Positions 24,738 to 38,500 of a stretch of 64,000 nt of DNA are shown piece by piece (position 1 is the stretch's first letter; each line of letters opens with the position of its first letter). Both the position numbers and the translations under genes were made by a program. Source of the stretch: Antedon mediterranea (Eukaryota; Animalia; Echinodermata); contig NC_092680.1 in assembly GCF_964355755.1 (NCBI RefSeq), positions 8,432,001-8,496,000 on the forward strand. The letters run 5' to 3'. Below the pieces are notes generated by a model. That model saw nothing but the letters and a program-made list of their open reading frames with translations. It ran no database searches and had not been told where the DNA came from.

Positions 24738-27700
24738 ACATTATATTATATGCTGTTGTAGGCCTATTCGTGAAACCTTGAAAAAATTTTTTTTTTTTTA
24801 TTAAACACATCCCACCTTTTCAAGAATATTTCACATCTTGTCTGTTTGAAATGGTTATCTTACATACATGTTGGAAGATATTTTCCCTGAATACTCTAGA
24901 TACAATGATCCTGTTAAAACGATGTAGTCTTCTGTTCATTTTGTCCAGAATATTTATTTCGCAGATTGTTATAGTATTAAGTAAAATGAACATGAAGTGT
25001 TGGTAACCGTTAGATCAGAGAATGAAGAACAATTCCACAGAAGATGTTTTCAAAATAAACCTCCTATCTTCTGATGGATTAATCGGCTATGCGTTCTTAT
25101 TTTGTCGTTAACTCCGTTTTAAATTCTCTTGCCCAAATTTGAAATCCATTTTTTTTATATAAAAGGTATTTATAAATTACTTCATTATCTAAGCTGAAGA
25201 CAAGTTAAGTGAGGGTATTTTTATCAAGATTACTTTAGAATTTTTAATAAATCCTTAGTGTTGTACAATATTTTTATATAGTCTCAAACATATCAATGTT
25301 TGTTAGATATTATATCAATAATTAATTATTATAATTATTATGTGCCCGAAGGTTTATTTCCATGCAAACTATATTCATTATACATTTGTCTTTTAAACTC
25401 GCATTTATCTCATCTGAAATGTGCCTTTTTTCTTCTTTTGTGAACATTAATTTTGTCACATCTCACAAATATATTTTATATTTTAATAATAATTGAAAAT
25501 ATTAATTATTAGAAATTATACCAAAATTATTATAATATTATTTCCGACTTGGTTTAATAACATTAGTAGCAGCTGCGAATTAATAATTAAAATAATTAAA
25601 TTAATTTCTGTGAAATAATGTTTGATTATGACTATTTTCTTCTTCGTGGCTTAATTAGCGAGTTTCTTTGTAAAAACTTGTTTTAATAATTCATCTCGCT
25701 GGAAAATAATATTATTTTTAATTCAAATTCACAGAAATGACATTGTTATTGTACTGTTTATGTATAATATGCAGTACTCGTTTCTAGAGGACATTGTGTT
25801 TTCACACTGATCTTTAATCGAATATGAATCAATATATTGTTTTTAGAATTACGTTATTTGATTATATGCTGATACAAAATGCGAAATTATATATTTATAT
25901 TTTCATTATTGGAATTACCCTAACCGAAAATGCGCCAGTATTATTTTGAAGGTTTAGCTTGCAGGTATTTTTTTCATTTAAATTATAACTAGACATGTTA
26001 TTGCTATTTACATTTTAAACTTACTTTAATGGAGTTTGGTATTTTTAAATTAATATATTGTTAAATGATGAAGTCTATCAAAAAGATATCATTTAAAGTG
26101 GTTTAAATTGGAGAATAATAAGTATTTTATCATACAATGCAATAAAAAAATACGTTATTCAGATAAAATGCGTTTTGTTGAAATGTGTTTTTTTTCCTCG
26201 ATCCCATCAATTCATATTATACTATTACTAAACTATTACTATAATTACTATTGGATGAAATTGGATGAATGATCATAATTATTATACTATATGAAGAGGG
26301 TCATAAAGGAGTATGGTAACACACTGATAGTAGTAGTGAATATTGATAGTAACATGTGATAAATATCGACAGAAAAAAATATAGAAGTTGATTCAAAGAT
26401 TGTGCAAGTATATAACTGTAAAATGTTAATATCTCAAGCACATATGAGCCTACATCTGTATTGTATCTGTGTTTATCACCTGTCTTTTGCTATGCGCCCT
26501 CGTCATAGTCGCCCTACCCATCATTTCAATTATTCATCAATTCAAACTACAGTAAATAAAAAAATAATTGTATAAGATAATAACCTCCTTGGCGGAGGTA
26601 ATTACATGTTTAGTTTGCAGTGAAGTGTATAGAGCAAACTGTATCTCGGTGGTAAAGGTGTTACGATCTTCCAGTCCCAAGGTTCTCTGTCAATTCTAGT
26701 GCCCTTTTCTAAACTACACTTCCTAAACCTGAAATGAGACTAATAAACATGATATAGGTATCCATCCTGTAATGTGGCTAGTAACTAGCTGTTGATACAA
26801 ATTCTAATATTAATCACGAATTCAAATATACACGCCCACATACACTATTACGAAATAATTATTATTTAATACCTGCAATATTATATGCTCAATATTAAAC
26901 ATTCACAAAGTAATGTTTTCTATAATGCATCATATATCAACAGCTTTACATTTGCGAATTGTTTTAATGTTTGCATTTTAGTTTTGCTCACAATCTTTCA
27001 TGTAGGTATTATTATTGAATATCATTATGCCACTTAGGGTGTTATACGAAATGATAGATAATAATCATGATACAATACCATACAAGCAATGCTTATGGTG
27101 AATGAATTTTAACGAATTGAATGACCAAACTCGACACAGTATGTCATCTACAGAGTGAATTTCCAAACTGTAAGGCCTATTGTACAAAACGTGTTATAAA
27201 AGACATATGGGTATATAATCTATACTATAAAATAACGGTATTAATAAGGCCTATTATGTGAACTGCGATTTTCCTATGTGGACGAAATAAAGTTATCAAA
27301 TTATCAAAGTTAAATATTATTACTTGGCAAAATATAATTTGGCTAAGTCAGTGTTTGTTTGTTAGCACGATAGCGCCTTAACTTTTCAGTATAAACTAAT
27401 AGTATACAAATAATGAATGTTTGTGAGTGTAATGGTACAAATTTAGATGTTATATAAAGGCATAAAACATGTCTATTGAAGTGCAAGAAAATTGGTTCAT
27501 TAATAATATCAAAAAATAATTTAAAAAAAATTAAAATTGGTATTTTGTTAACATAGGTCGCGCCGAAATATTTTGCTATTATATTATTATTATAGTATTA
27601 TTATTGTTGGGACTAGAGCGCCTGTTCACACTAGCTTATCATCAGAAATGTTCGCAGTTATTTCTATGAAAATTTAAACTTATAAAAGTCCATCATCTCC

Positions 27701-28189
27701 TACGTAATGTTTTTCCTTCAATGATTATTTTAAAAAAACAATTCAATGGTCTATTACTATTTAATTTATGGGAAAACAAAATTTAGGCCTAATAGAAGGA
27801 ATTAAAAAAAGGATGGACGGGAGTTGCAGCTACCAGGTACGTGCAATTGTTTTATAATCACCGCATAAAGTTAGTAGGCTTACAGTTATTTAATCAAATT
27901 AAATTTATTTATTACGTATCATCCGTATTGAATAATGATGTATTTCCCGTTAATGACAAAACATTTGTGAGTCTTGGACAAGAACAAACATTTTTAATAC
28001 ACTCATTTGATGTTTAACTTCAAGATTACAATGATACTTCACAACCAGAAAGTTTAGTAAGTTAGAAGTTAAGGTTTATTGTTGTTTTATACAGTCGAGA
28101 GAGTCAATTGTAATGATATTATTTATCATATTTTTATTTGTGGAGGAGGAGAAAAAAAGATAAATAAGTTAGTGCGCCCTCAATTGTAA

Positions 28190-28294
28190 TTTTCTCTCTC
28201 TCGCGCTCCCTCCTCTCTCTCTTTCCGCCGATGATGATCCATGCGATTTTGTTTGACATGTTTGCTCCATTTTGTGCATAGGGCCTAGGCCTAG
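28190..28294 (+). promoter_or_regulatory. Putative IPO11 promoter / non-coding first exon
   Basis: A pyrimidine-rich CpG-containing patch has a TCT-like CTCTTTCC (28219-28226) and a possible donor AG|GTAAAA at 28295. The first coding exon is preceded by an acceptor (TAG at 29581-29583), which implies an upstream exon. Confidence 0.4.
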
Positions 28295-28625
28295 GTAAAA
28301 TAATGATATTGTATATTGATTTAAACGAAATACACGTGTTCTATGCCAACCTAGGTTAATTGATTGGTATGCTAGGCCTTTATTCTAGCTAGGCCTAGGT
28401 ATTGGTTGATGGATGTGCGGCCTAGCTAGCCCTAGCTAGGCCTACTAGGCCTGGCTAGTAGTACTACTCTAGCTAGGCTAGGGCCTAGGCCTACTCTTCT
28501 CTACTTACTAGGCCTAGGTAAAAGTAGCCTAGGTTGGGTAGCCTAGAGTACAGTAGGTAGGCCTAGCCTAGCTAGGCTCCAGGGCCTACCTACTGACACT
28601 GACAGCCTCTAACTAGGCCCTAGCT
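28278..28625. repeat. Low-complexity CTAG/TAGGCCTA-rich tract
   Basis: A dense irregular array of CCTAGG, TAGGCCTA and CTAGCTAG palindromes, resuming at ~28905-29140. Confidence 0.85.
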
Positions 28626-28900
28626 AGTGGAGTTGTGGCCTGGTGTTTATGATGCTTGGCTACCACTCCCAAAAGGCAAGGGCCTTGCAAGGGTCCTGGG
28701 TTCGAGTACCGTCAAATGTCAGGATTTTTTCTAAGGACCAAATTACTCCACTCCCAAAGACTTGTAATAAGACTTTGTTTATGTTATGTAGAGCATCTTG
28801 TGTAGGCCTATATGTTTGTCTTGTGAACCTCTGAGGGTCCCTAATGATCAGCAATAGCTGGATGGATCACCCTCATTAAATATGGTTTAAAAAAAAAAAA
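28626..28900 (+). mobile_element. tRNA-derived SINE with A-rich tail
   Basis: A-box-like TGGCCTGGTGT and B-box GGTTCGAGTACC (~28699-28710). The 3' tail GAGGGTCCCTAATGATCAGC..GGATGGATCACCCTCATTAAATATGG followed by poly(A) is also found inverted at ~44621-44677. Confidence 0.65.
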
Positions 28901-29595
28901 GAGTACTACTCTAGAATCTAGTAGTCCTCCTCTTCTCATTCCAAGTTCTAGCGTGTTAGAAAAGTATAGCATATAGGGGGGCCTAGCTAGGCTAGGACCT
29001 ACTAGCTAGGAGAGTTAACTGTATTATGTTTGTACTTTCATGAATTAATAAAAGTACAAGTTATCAATGAACCAATTTTCATAAATTTCAATAGAAATGT
29101 TATGTAAATATTTTATTTTATTAAAGGTCTAGGCCTACAGTATATTCAATGCATGAGTACAGTATCATATTAGTACATTGGATGGAACCTCCATCATGTT
29201 ATGATCCGATCCATCATATGGCAGCCTGATTTTGATTTTGTATGTATAAGAATTGGGATCTTGAAAGTTAGTTTCACAGCAGATACAGACGAATTAGCAG
29301 GTGGTGTATGTATAAATTGACAGTTAGAGCCCCCTTTCTCACAGAAATCATTAAATGAGTGGATTGTTTGTTTAATTTAGAAGTGTATTTATTGATTTCA
29401 AATGATGATTATTTATAAACAAAATAACAAAAAATAAACATATTAGTTATTTTTCTGTTTCTTTATATTTTCAAGAGTTTAATATGTTATTTATTTGCTG
29501 GATATTATTAGAATTATTATGGTATTCTGAGTTCAAAAGATGAGAGAAATCAAACTTAAATGTATAGTATAACTATTTTTTAGGATGAGATAGCA

Positions 29596-32500
29596 ATGGA
29601 TCTGGAATCTGCTAAGAACGTGGTTTTAGACACCCTAATTGAAGCATCAAGTCAAAATGTTTCACTGTTAAAGCCAGCGGAGCAGAAGCTTAAAAGCTGG
29701 GAAATACAACCAGGATTCTATCCAATTCTTCAGGTATAAATTTACTAGCTGTGAGAGGCCTCCTTTGGGACATCCCTATTCAGGGGAAAACCTCTATTAA
29801 TGAATAAGAGGCATTATATGTTTTTAACACTGTAGCCTATTTCTACCCAAGGACATCCCTATTAAGGGGACACTTGTTTGGGTACTGATTGAAGGTGTCC
29901 CCTTAATAGGCTTTCTACAACAATTAAATAAGTGAGAAAGTGAGTGAGTGGCCGAGCGGTTAAGACAGTGGAACCGTAATCACGTAGCCATAACATCGGC
30001 AGGGGTTCGAGGCTCACTCACTCCATGGTTCTGGTGGTAGAACGAGTCTTCTCGGATAAGGACTATAAACCGTAGGTCCAGTGTACACAACTTGCTCGTG
30101 TGCACTTTAAAGAACCTAGTACATCTTTCGAGACGAGTAGGGGGTTACCCCGGTGTATTAGTACATCACAGCCACTGATCACCAACTGGGCCCTCTGGGA
30201 GATCAGTCTTTGACTGAAGAGGTCACCCAGTATAAAGATAAAACAAACAAACAAATACTGTCTAGTCACAAAAAGAATCAACTTTTTTATAACCCTAATT
30301 AAGTAATATAATTTTTGCTGATAAAAAATGAATGTTTAATATCATAACTTCTTATGCTTATGAAAGTATATTTAATTGTTATTTTACAGTCAATTTTTAG
30401 CACTTACAGTATTGATGTAAATGTGAGATGGCTGGCGGTGTTATACTTCAAGAATGGTATTGATAGATATTGGAGAAGAACAGCCCCCAAGTAAGTGTTA
30501 GCTGACAGTACAGTACAATGTGTATGATGATTGAATATGATACCAAGTGACAAGAACAGCTGCTGTCCTACTGTCATTTCAACTATAATATGCTTTTTTC
30601 TGTCCCAACTCCCTACAGCCAGATAAAGCCCGTCTAGGGCATCTTCCACTCCCTTACACACCCACTGGCTTCATTTCAAGTTTTCCATCCTTCCTTACAT
30701 TTTTCCTTCTCAGCTGTCTTTGTATTTTCTTCTGCAATCATGATATTGATCATGTACTTTGGTAATTTCTCTTGGATTTCCTGGTGCTTTTTCTACCACG
30801 TACAACTTGAACAGCAAAGCCCAAAATCAGTTTTCGTATTTTACTAATTGCTTTTCTTTGTTTTCTGGTAACTGGAATCAATTTGATGGAATTATTTTTT
30901 GAGGTCAAACATTTACTACATAATAATTAAAACTGGAAAATAAAGTATTGTTTGGCATCATTTTGTTCTTTTCAATTTTTGTGTCCAAATTATTTTTGCT
31001 AGGCATCTTTTAACATTTACAGTACATTTATCTACCTAAAAATACATCATATTTTACCGTAAAAATTATGACTTTTTAAAATTGTTTAAAACATGAAAAA
31101 TGAAGATTCATTAAATCAGACTTCGAATAGGTTATTTTGTAGTTTTAATAAAGTAAATCACTTCCGTAGGAAAAAAAACGGGGAAAAATAATTTTCACTT
31201 ATAAAATTACATGATAAATGGTTAAATTCAACCAAAAATCCATTGGCTGGCAGCCAACTTGACAATTTTTTTGCTTTAAATTCCATTTTTTCAGGTAAAT
31301 AATTTTTGTTTTGATCCAATTTTTGGTCAAAGTCAATAACTATTATGTGACATTAAAATGGCATATTCAACAACAAAAATTGTAAAAAAAAATTTTTCAG
31401 GGGGACAATACATCTTTAAATACAAGTGTTAGTTTACAGGATAATAATGTTTGTATACTATGTCCTTTGATGAAGAATTTTTCAAAACCTGTTGTTGCCT
31501 CTTAGATAACTACTGTATTCCAGTCTGGTGAAACCAACAAAAAAAAAGTTGTTTTAAATATAAATATCCCACTTAAATTTCATGAGTTAATTGAGCTTGA
31601 AAATTAAGTGTAAACAGAAACGGTAGGGTGTTTTGAAGTAATTAAGGGTTATACATATTTATAGAAAATTATCGAATGTAAACATGAATGAGAATTTAAA
31701 ATGTAGCTGGTACATTTAGCAAACACCACAGTATTCACATTGGGAATGCTATTTAAATGTTGACACTTTCTATTGTATTTATTAGGAACATTTCACACAG
31801 ATTTATGAAAACGAGTATGTAAAAAATGAGTTTTTGTTAAAAAATAAAAATCAGAGGGTGCTAAGATCAAAAGAGAATTTTTAATAAATTATATATAATC
31901 ATATTCATTCTAAATTCAATAATACAAGATACGACTCGTATATAAACTTCTAATATTAATATATAATACATTCAGTTAATACAAGATACGACTCGTATAT
32001 AAACTTCTAATATTAATATATAATACATTCAGTACATGAAGCAATGAAATATATGAAATAACAAAACAAATGTGATGAAAAAAAAATAAAATAAATTCTA
32101 GTTTGTTACCTTTTAAAATCGTTTCTACAATTTTTAGGAACCAAATTGAAAATATTCTAATCACATATTGATATATCATTTCTTTACTGGGACCACTTCT
32201 ATTAAGGAATCATTTCTACTAATCAGTCCTGTTTTTTAATCCTACTTTCCACTCGACAGTGCAATTAATGAAGAAGATAAAGAAACAATTCGTAGACAGC
32301 TGCTCACACGGTTTGATGAGCCTGCACCACAAGTTGCACTCCAGTTAGCTGTTGTTATTAGCAAAATCGCACGAGTTGATTGTCCACGGAATTGGCCAGA
32401 GCTTGTGCCAACGATTATGGAGGGGCTTAAACAAAACGATGACTTTCTCCAAAGAAGACTGCTCTTAACGTTACACCATGTAATTAAAACGTTATCAGCT

Positions 32501-35500
32501 AAGAGACTTCCTGCTGACAAAAAGACATTCCGAGAGGTATTGTTTTCATTTACAATATTAATACCCTTTTTCATAGATACCAGGGGTTGTCTTTTAAAAA
32601 TTGAGTGAATACACTCCAATGATACCAAAAATACCCAATTACAAGTCAGTAAATATTTATTGCCTTTGTCTATACGTTTCAAATTAGGCTTCCACAGACT
32701 TGTTTAAAACCTTCTTTAAAAAGCTTTTGTTTCTGCAGATGGTTTGATCTACTTGGCTTGTGTTCATGAGACCATGCTTCCTTCATGCACTACATAAACG
32801 GAGAGGGGGAGGGGGTTTCAAACCCACAGAAAACAAGAAATATTTCTTCTCTCTTGATCACCTCCTTCTTATACTGTCGATTCACATTACAGTACAAATG
32901 TTTGGATATCTCCGGGTTACAGATGCTAGCTTGTCACGGTGTAATGTAAACACTTTAAATAAAAGTGCATATTCACATTGATGTACGCGAGACCTGTAAA
33001 AATTACAGATTTGCATGATTTTACAACACAGACTACAGAAACACTTTAAAGAATGAGCATTGTTATTGTGTCTTTCAACAGTCTATGCTTTATGCTTCTA
33101 TTTTATATTTCTGTTTTCAGTTTACTAGAACATTTTTCAACTTTATAGCAGAACTTTGGAATAATCATACTGAAACGTTTCTTAATAAAGCATCTACAAA
33201 CATTGAATCAGCTGTTACATCATGTTTAGAACCAAGTCAGTTGTCACTTAAAAGTACGTTTTTTTTAGTTAATTTAGTCCAAACATGGAGGAAATATGCT
33301 GTATATATTATACTGTATTACTTCCACTACTCAAACTAGACCACCTTTTAATAATAGTACAGTAGTGTTCTAGAGTTGCAAAAAAATTCACTCAATTAAC
33401 GTTGCAATTAGAGGTGTTTGTGGTGTAGTTTTTCTAGATATTTTACCAAGTAAAGACTGGCTTTTGGTGTCTCTTGTATGTTACTTGAATTCTTCTAGAT
33501 TCGCAATCAATTTATTCTATTATGCAGGAAATGCAAGTCTGGTGCACAATGTCTTAATAAACTTTAAATTGCACAGGTTTTTTAAAGGAGAATTCAATTT
33601 TTAAAAGGGCAATAAACATGGAAGTGGAAAATCAGTATTCCTCCAAACAAGGCAGAGTTGACCAATTATTGCAATTAGTTTTAATAATCCATCCATTACA
33701 ATTGACCGTGAGATGTTCTGTGTATTGTGAATCTTGTTTCAGCACATTCATTTCATTCATTCATTTGACCATATATTTTATGTGTTGATGACGTAATATA
33801 TACTGCATTGTCAATTAAATGAATTTTAAATCTAAGAGTTTGTATATTATTGTTAAGGACAAGAGGGAACTTAGACTATGAAGTACTATTGTGTTGTAAC
33901 CTTGCAAGCAGATGTTTGTACAGAAGAAAACAAGTAGTTAAGAGCAAAAAGAAAAGCACACATTACATTGGTTTTTCAATATATTTTGGCAATGAAATCC
34001 ATTTTAAACATTACCATTAAACTTTTTTAATCCTGTTGTAATTAATTAGACTCGGTGGCATGTTCAATACAAATTATATCATTTGTTTTTTCTTTTAGTT
34101 GCCAAGAAACTAATGGTACATGGAATGACTGAAATCAGTGAATTTCCTAATGCTCTGGTAAGTTTTCAAACAATTTGATTACTAAAGGTCTTACTGAAGC
34201 GTGATTCCCACTAGCGACGCAACACAAGGACGTAACGCAACGCAAGTGAATTGACCAATCACAAGCGATCGCTTATTCCCTCCTGATAAATGCATACATT
34301 TGATTTTCAGACCACTATTGAAGTTGTGTTTCAAAGACTAGAGCAGATGTTACAAATAAGTGAGTTTTAAAGGTTGTCTATTATATAGAGTAATTTATGT
34401 TCAACAAGATTTTGCACATTGATAGTGTTTTAAGAGGCTTTCAACTATTTTTAAACATCCAATAAACACACAACCAATTATACCAGGATATTCTGGCCAA
34501 TTATTAACATGTTTTTTTTTCCAGGACGCCAAATAGAAGACTATGCACTTAAAGAAAAATTAGAAAAGAAAATTATTCATCTTGTAAAAGTTGTGAGTTA
34601 TATCATTCCTAACCACCTTTAGTAACACTTGCTAGAATATATGTGCTGTTCATGTCTACACGATGCTGTCTGCATCACATGTTCACATCCTAAAAAAATC
34701 AACCATATTTGCAATGTGTACTTTTGACATTTTAATTTTGGTTCACACTGCACTGCATTAAATGCAATGTGTTATTGTTAATCTACCCTTGAATATAAAC
34801 ACTGACTTATTACATAGGCAAGATCATGAGGTCTGCATCTCCTATGCACATATCATTCAAAAACCATTCATATTCACCAACATGTGTTAATTTTTACCAG
34901 TGTTGTAAATAGTAGTACTTTTGTTTCACTACTCTATACTAACCATACCACCTCTTCTGTACTTACAGCTGTCTGTTGTACAAATTAATCATCCTGTGTG
35001 CTTCATCCGATTCATTCAGCGAGCTTTGACGTTTACAAGCACGTATGTTTTTACGCAAGCGGCAGAGAATCTCAACTTTGAGAGGTTCATCATTGAATGT
35101 ATGAACATCATGAAGGCCATAGTCACATGTGATGAGTATAAAGTCGTTAAATTAATTGAAGCAAAAACAGAACCAAGTCGAATACAAGCTTCTAAGGTAA
35201 CTGAAGAGGATCATGCATGCTACTTATGAGGTTTATGATTCTTTTTAATAACCATCACTTCTCAGGCACACAGTGACAACTGGATGATCTAATAAGTAAT
35301 GCTAAATAAATGTTATCGATTGTTAGAAACTCCTATTAATAAGGTTTGTTCTGTTTTCCAGCTTGATATAAGAGTCAAAATAAATTTTTTAAGCTAACTT
35401 TCGTATCATTGAGTTTGCTGAATTAAGTGACAAATTTAGGTGCCAACTCAAGAATAACAAAGTTACACTCTCAAAAAAAATTATGTTGACACCAAGATTA

Positions 35501-38500
35501 AACTTGATCCAATTATCTGACCTCTCAAATCTCACTGCTGTGCACATTGACCAATCAATTTTGCCACCGCACTTCATGTAGAAAGCATAGCATACTGGTC
35601 GGTCTACAAATACTCTGCTGCACAATGTTGTTTAGTGGCGCTCTCAATTTTGGAAGTATGTGTTTTCCTTGTACTTGACCAGAAATGACCGAAAGATAAT
35701 TGGATACATTCAATCATTTTTATATGTAATTTACTCTTCAATGTTATCATGGTCCTCGATTTCTGCTGAAGATATTTTCTCCTGGGTTAATTAAATTGTG
35801 ACGTTTTGTAAAAAATATGAGAGTTAACTAATTTACAAACCCACTCAATACTCCCAAAATAAACTTTAAAGAGTTGTAAGACCAGACTTAATGTCTAGAA
35901 GAAAGTAATGCAACAGATTAGAATAGTCTTTGCCTGATGACATTAGAACATTTTTATCTTCCTGTCACCAGAAATGTAATTATGCTTTGTTATGATTTAT
36001 CTAATTCTTCTATTACTGTAATCTATTTTAATAGTACTGCAAAATGATTGATAGCAAACATAGATCTGTTTAACTCCATCCAGGTTGTTAGGAAAGATGA
36101 AGGACCAAACAGGGGGAGGGGTGTATTTTTTTAATACGCCATATTCAATATTACAGGCATGGTTGGCTCAGCAAATCCACCAACATACCCCAAATTTACC
36201 CAAGATATTCAATAAATATTCAATATCTTGTTTTTAATATTTTACATTTTGCTTTATAAAAGATTAAAGAAGAATTCTTCACAGAGTCCGTACTCACAGA
36301 AATAGGCACGCGTCTACTGACATCGTATTTCTTATTGACGCCAGAAGATTTATACAACTGGGAAAATGACCCAGAAGATTTCACAGCAGATGAAGTTGGT
36401 GAATCTTGGAAGTATGGTCTAAGGGTGAATATAACATGAAGCAATGTCATTTATTGATACATTTTTTGCTATATTATTTATAGGAGAGATTTACTTTTTT
36501 AATTCATTTTCCTGAGTGGATCAAAAATTCCAGTAGTTACCACCTTCCTAAATTAACAAATGGCATTATAAGAATCCTCGCAAAATTATAAATTATGGAG
36601 CCTTTTTCGATTTGCGATGACCTAGAAACAAGGTAATTTAAATTAATTGTGGACATTTTGGTGGTTGTTAGGTCATTGGCCGTTTAAAGCTCCTTAATAT
36701 GCTTTCAGTTCCAGGGTACTTTTGATGTACTCTAGCTCTAATTCATAAAGATCAGAATGTGCTTATGTATGTTATGTACTAACTTTATATTATTATTATT
36801 ATGTTAAAGCCTTGTACAGAGAAACTGTTTCTAGCATTGTTTCATGCATATGAATCAATGACCCCTTTACTACTGAAGCTTGTGGAATCTGTCCAAGGTT
36901 TGTACAAACATTCACAACTAAGACTAATTGCTAATGTATGCTAAGCAACATAGTATCAACTTTGAGTATAAAATGATTACTCATTCATTATAAGTCAATC
37001 TTTATAAGTCATCCTTGCAGGTTTCTGTGGGGCGTTTTCATCCTTAACTTATGTATATCGGGGGCGGTCACAGGACTATTTTAAGAGGGTTGCCAAAAGA
37101 GTCCAGTTAGACACCGAGTATTTGAGCCACTGTCCCTAGGCTCTAGTTTGCCGGAATTATTACTCTATAGTGCACTAGCAAACAGCAAAACGATCATAGT
37201 CTATTTTTCAATACGATCATAGCCTATTTTTCAGTACAATCGTAACCTAATAATACACACGGGACTAACAATAGGTAACATTTGTTGCATATGCGAAGTA
37301 CCCGATGAAACTTCCAGTAATACATTCTAATCTGTAATCAATTAATTTTTTTTTTTTTTTAATGAAGCTGTTGCAGAGACAGTATGGAAAGAAATAGATA
37401 AATAAACTATTGTTAAAATAAATATTATTGTTGTTGTTCATTTGCTATAAAAAAAATATAATTTATTTGTTTACAGGAGAAACAGATGTGGAAAATATGA
37501 CAAGTATCCTACAAAAAGAAGCTGGTAATTATAATTGACTTGACTTAAATGATAATTGGAAACCAATATTTCATATGGTAACCAGCAAATTGATGTTTAT
37601 TTGCAGACACCTTTTGTATGTGGGTCTTGTTTAACAGGATTTCCACCTTTGAATGGTTCATAACAGAGGATAAAAATGTTATAAATGTATGCAAAGCTCC
37701 AATATTGTTATAGAAATGTGGCCTACTATTACACTAACAGATATGAATGTCAAAAATTACCTCCTGTGCTACTGCTATTAATATTTAAGCCCACCTTCTC
37801 TAATACTTACATGTGTACATAAACTTAATAATGATCACTTTTATTCTTTGCAATGTATTTGTTCTATTAGTGTATAATGCAGTGGGTTTGTCAGCATTTG
37901 AACTGTATGATGAAGTTGATTTTGATCAATGGTTTTGCAACCAGCTTTTAAAAGAACTCCAGAATAAGCATCCACGGTAAAGATTTCTATATACTAAATA
38001 TTTAGAAAAACAGATATACATCGGTCATTTAAAGGAGTCCTACTGTACCCCTCTTGACATCACTCCACTGTCCTTTAGTTCGCTCTCTAACCTTTATATA
38101 AACTCTTTAAGTAAATTGCGTTCTTTCAGGCAATACTGTACACATTTTTTTTAACGCTATACTGTATTTGAATAGTATGCAACACTTTACCTGTAAAATT
38201 CTAACAGTCTAAAATATTAAATCTGAATCTAATTAGCCATGTAATTGTAGAGTAGTAGTAGTCAGATATGTGTATATGTCAGATAACATGATATTTATTT
38301 TAAGGATAAGGTTAGAATAAAAACATGCTGATCATTTTACACAAAACTACATTCAAGTTAAAATTGTAAAATAATGATAAATTCATCCACTTTTTATTGC
38401 AAAGATTTAAATGTCAGCTTTGAATTTTTTTTTTAAATGAAGTTTAGATATTATATTCATGAACTGTAGTGTTACTGTAGTGTTAATTGTACTGTTAGAA

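Noticed and set aside
26579-26603. Small hairpin AACCTCCTTGGCGGAGGT resembling a Helentron/DINE terminus
   Set aside because: It is an isolated 25-bp fragment, too short to define an element.
32242-32682. 146-aa minus-strand ORF (and similar ORFs at 30404-30661, 36220-36450, 45740-46018)
   Set aside because: These are antisense shadows of IPO11 exons with no recognisable motifs.
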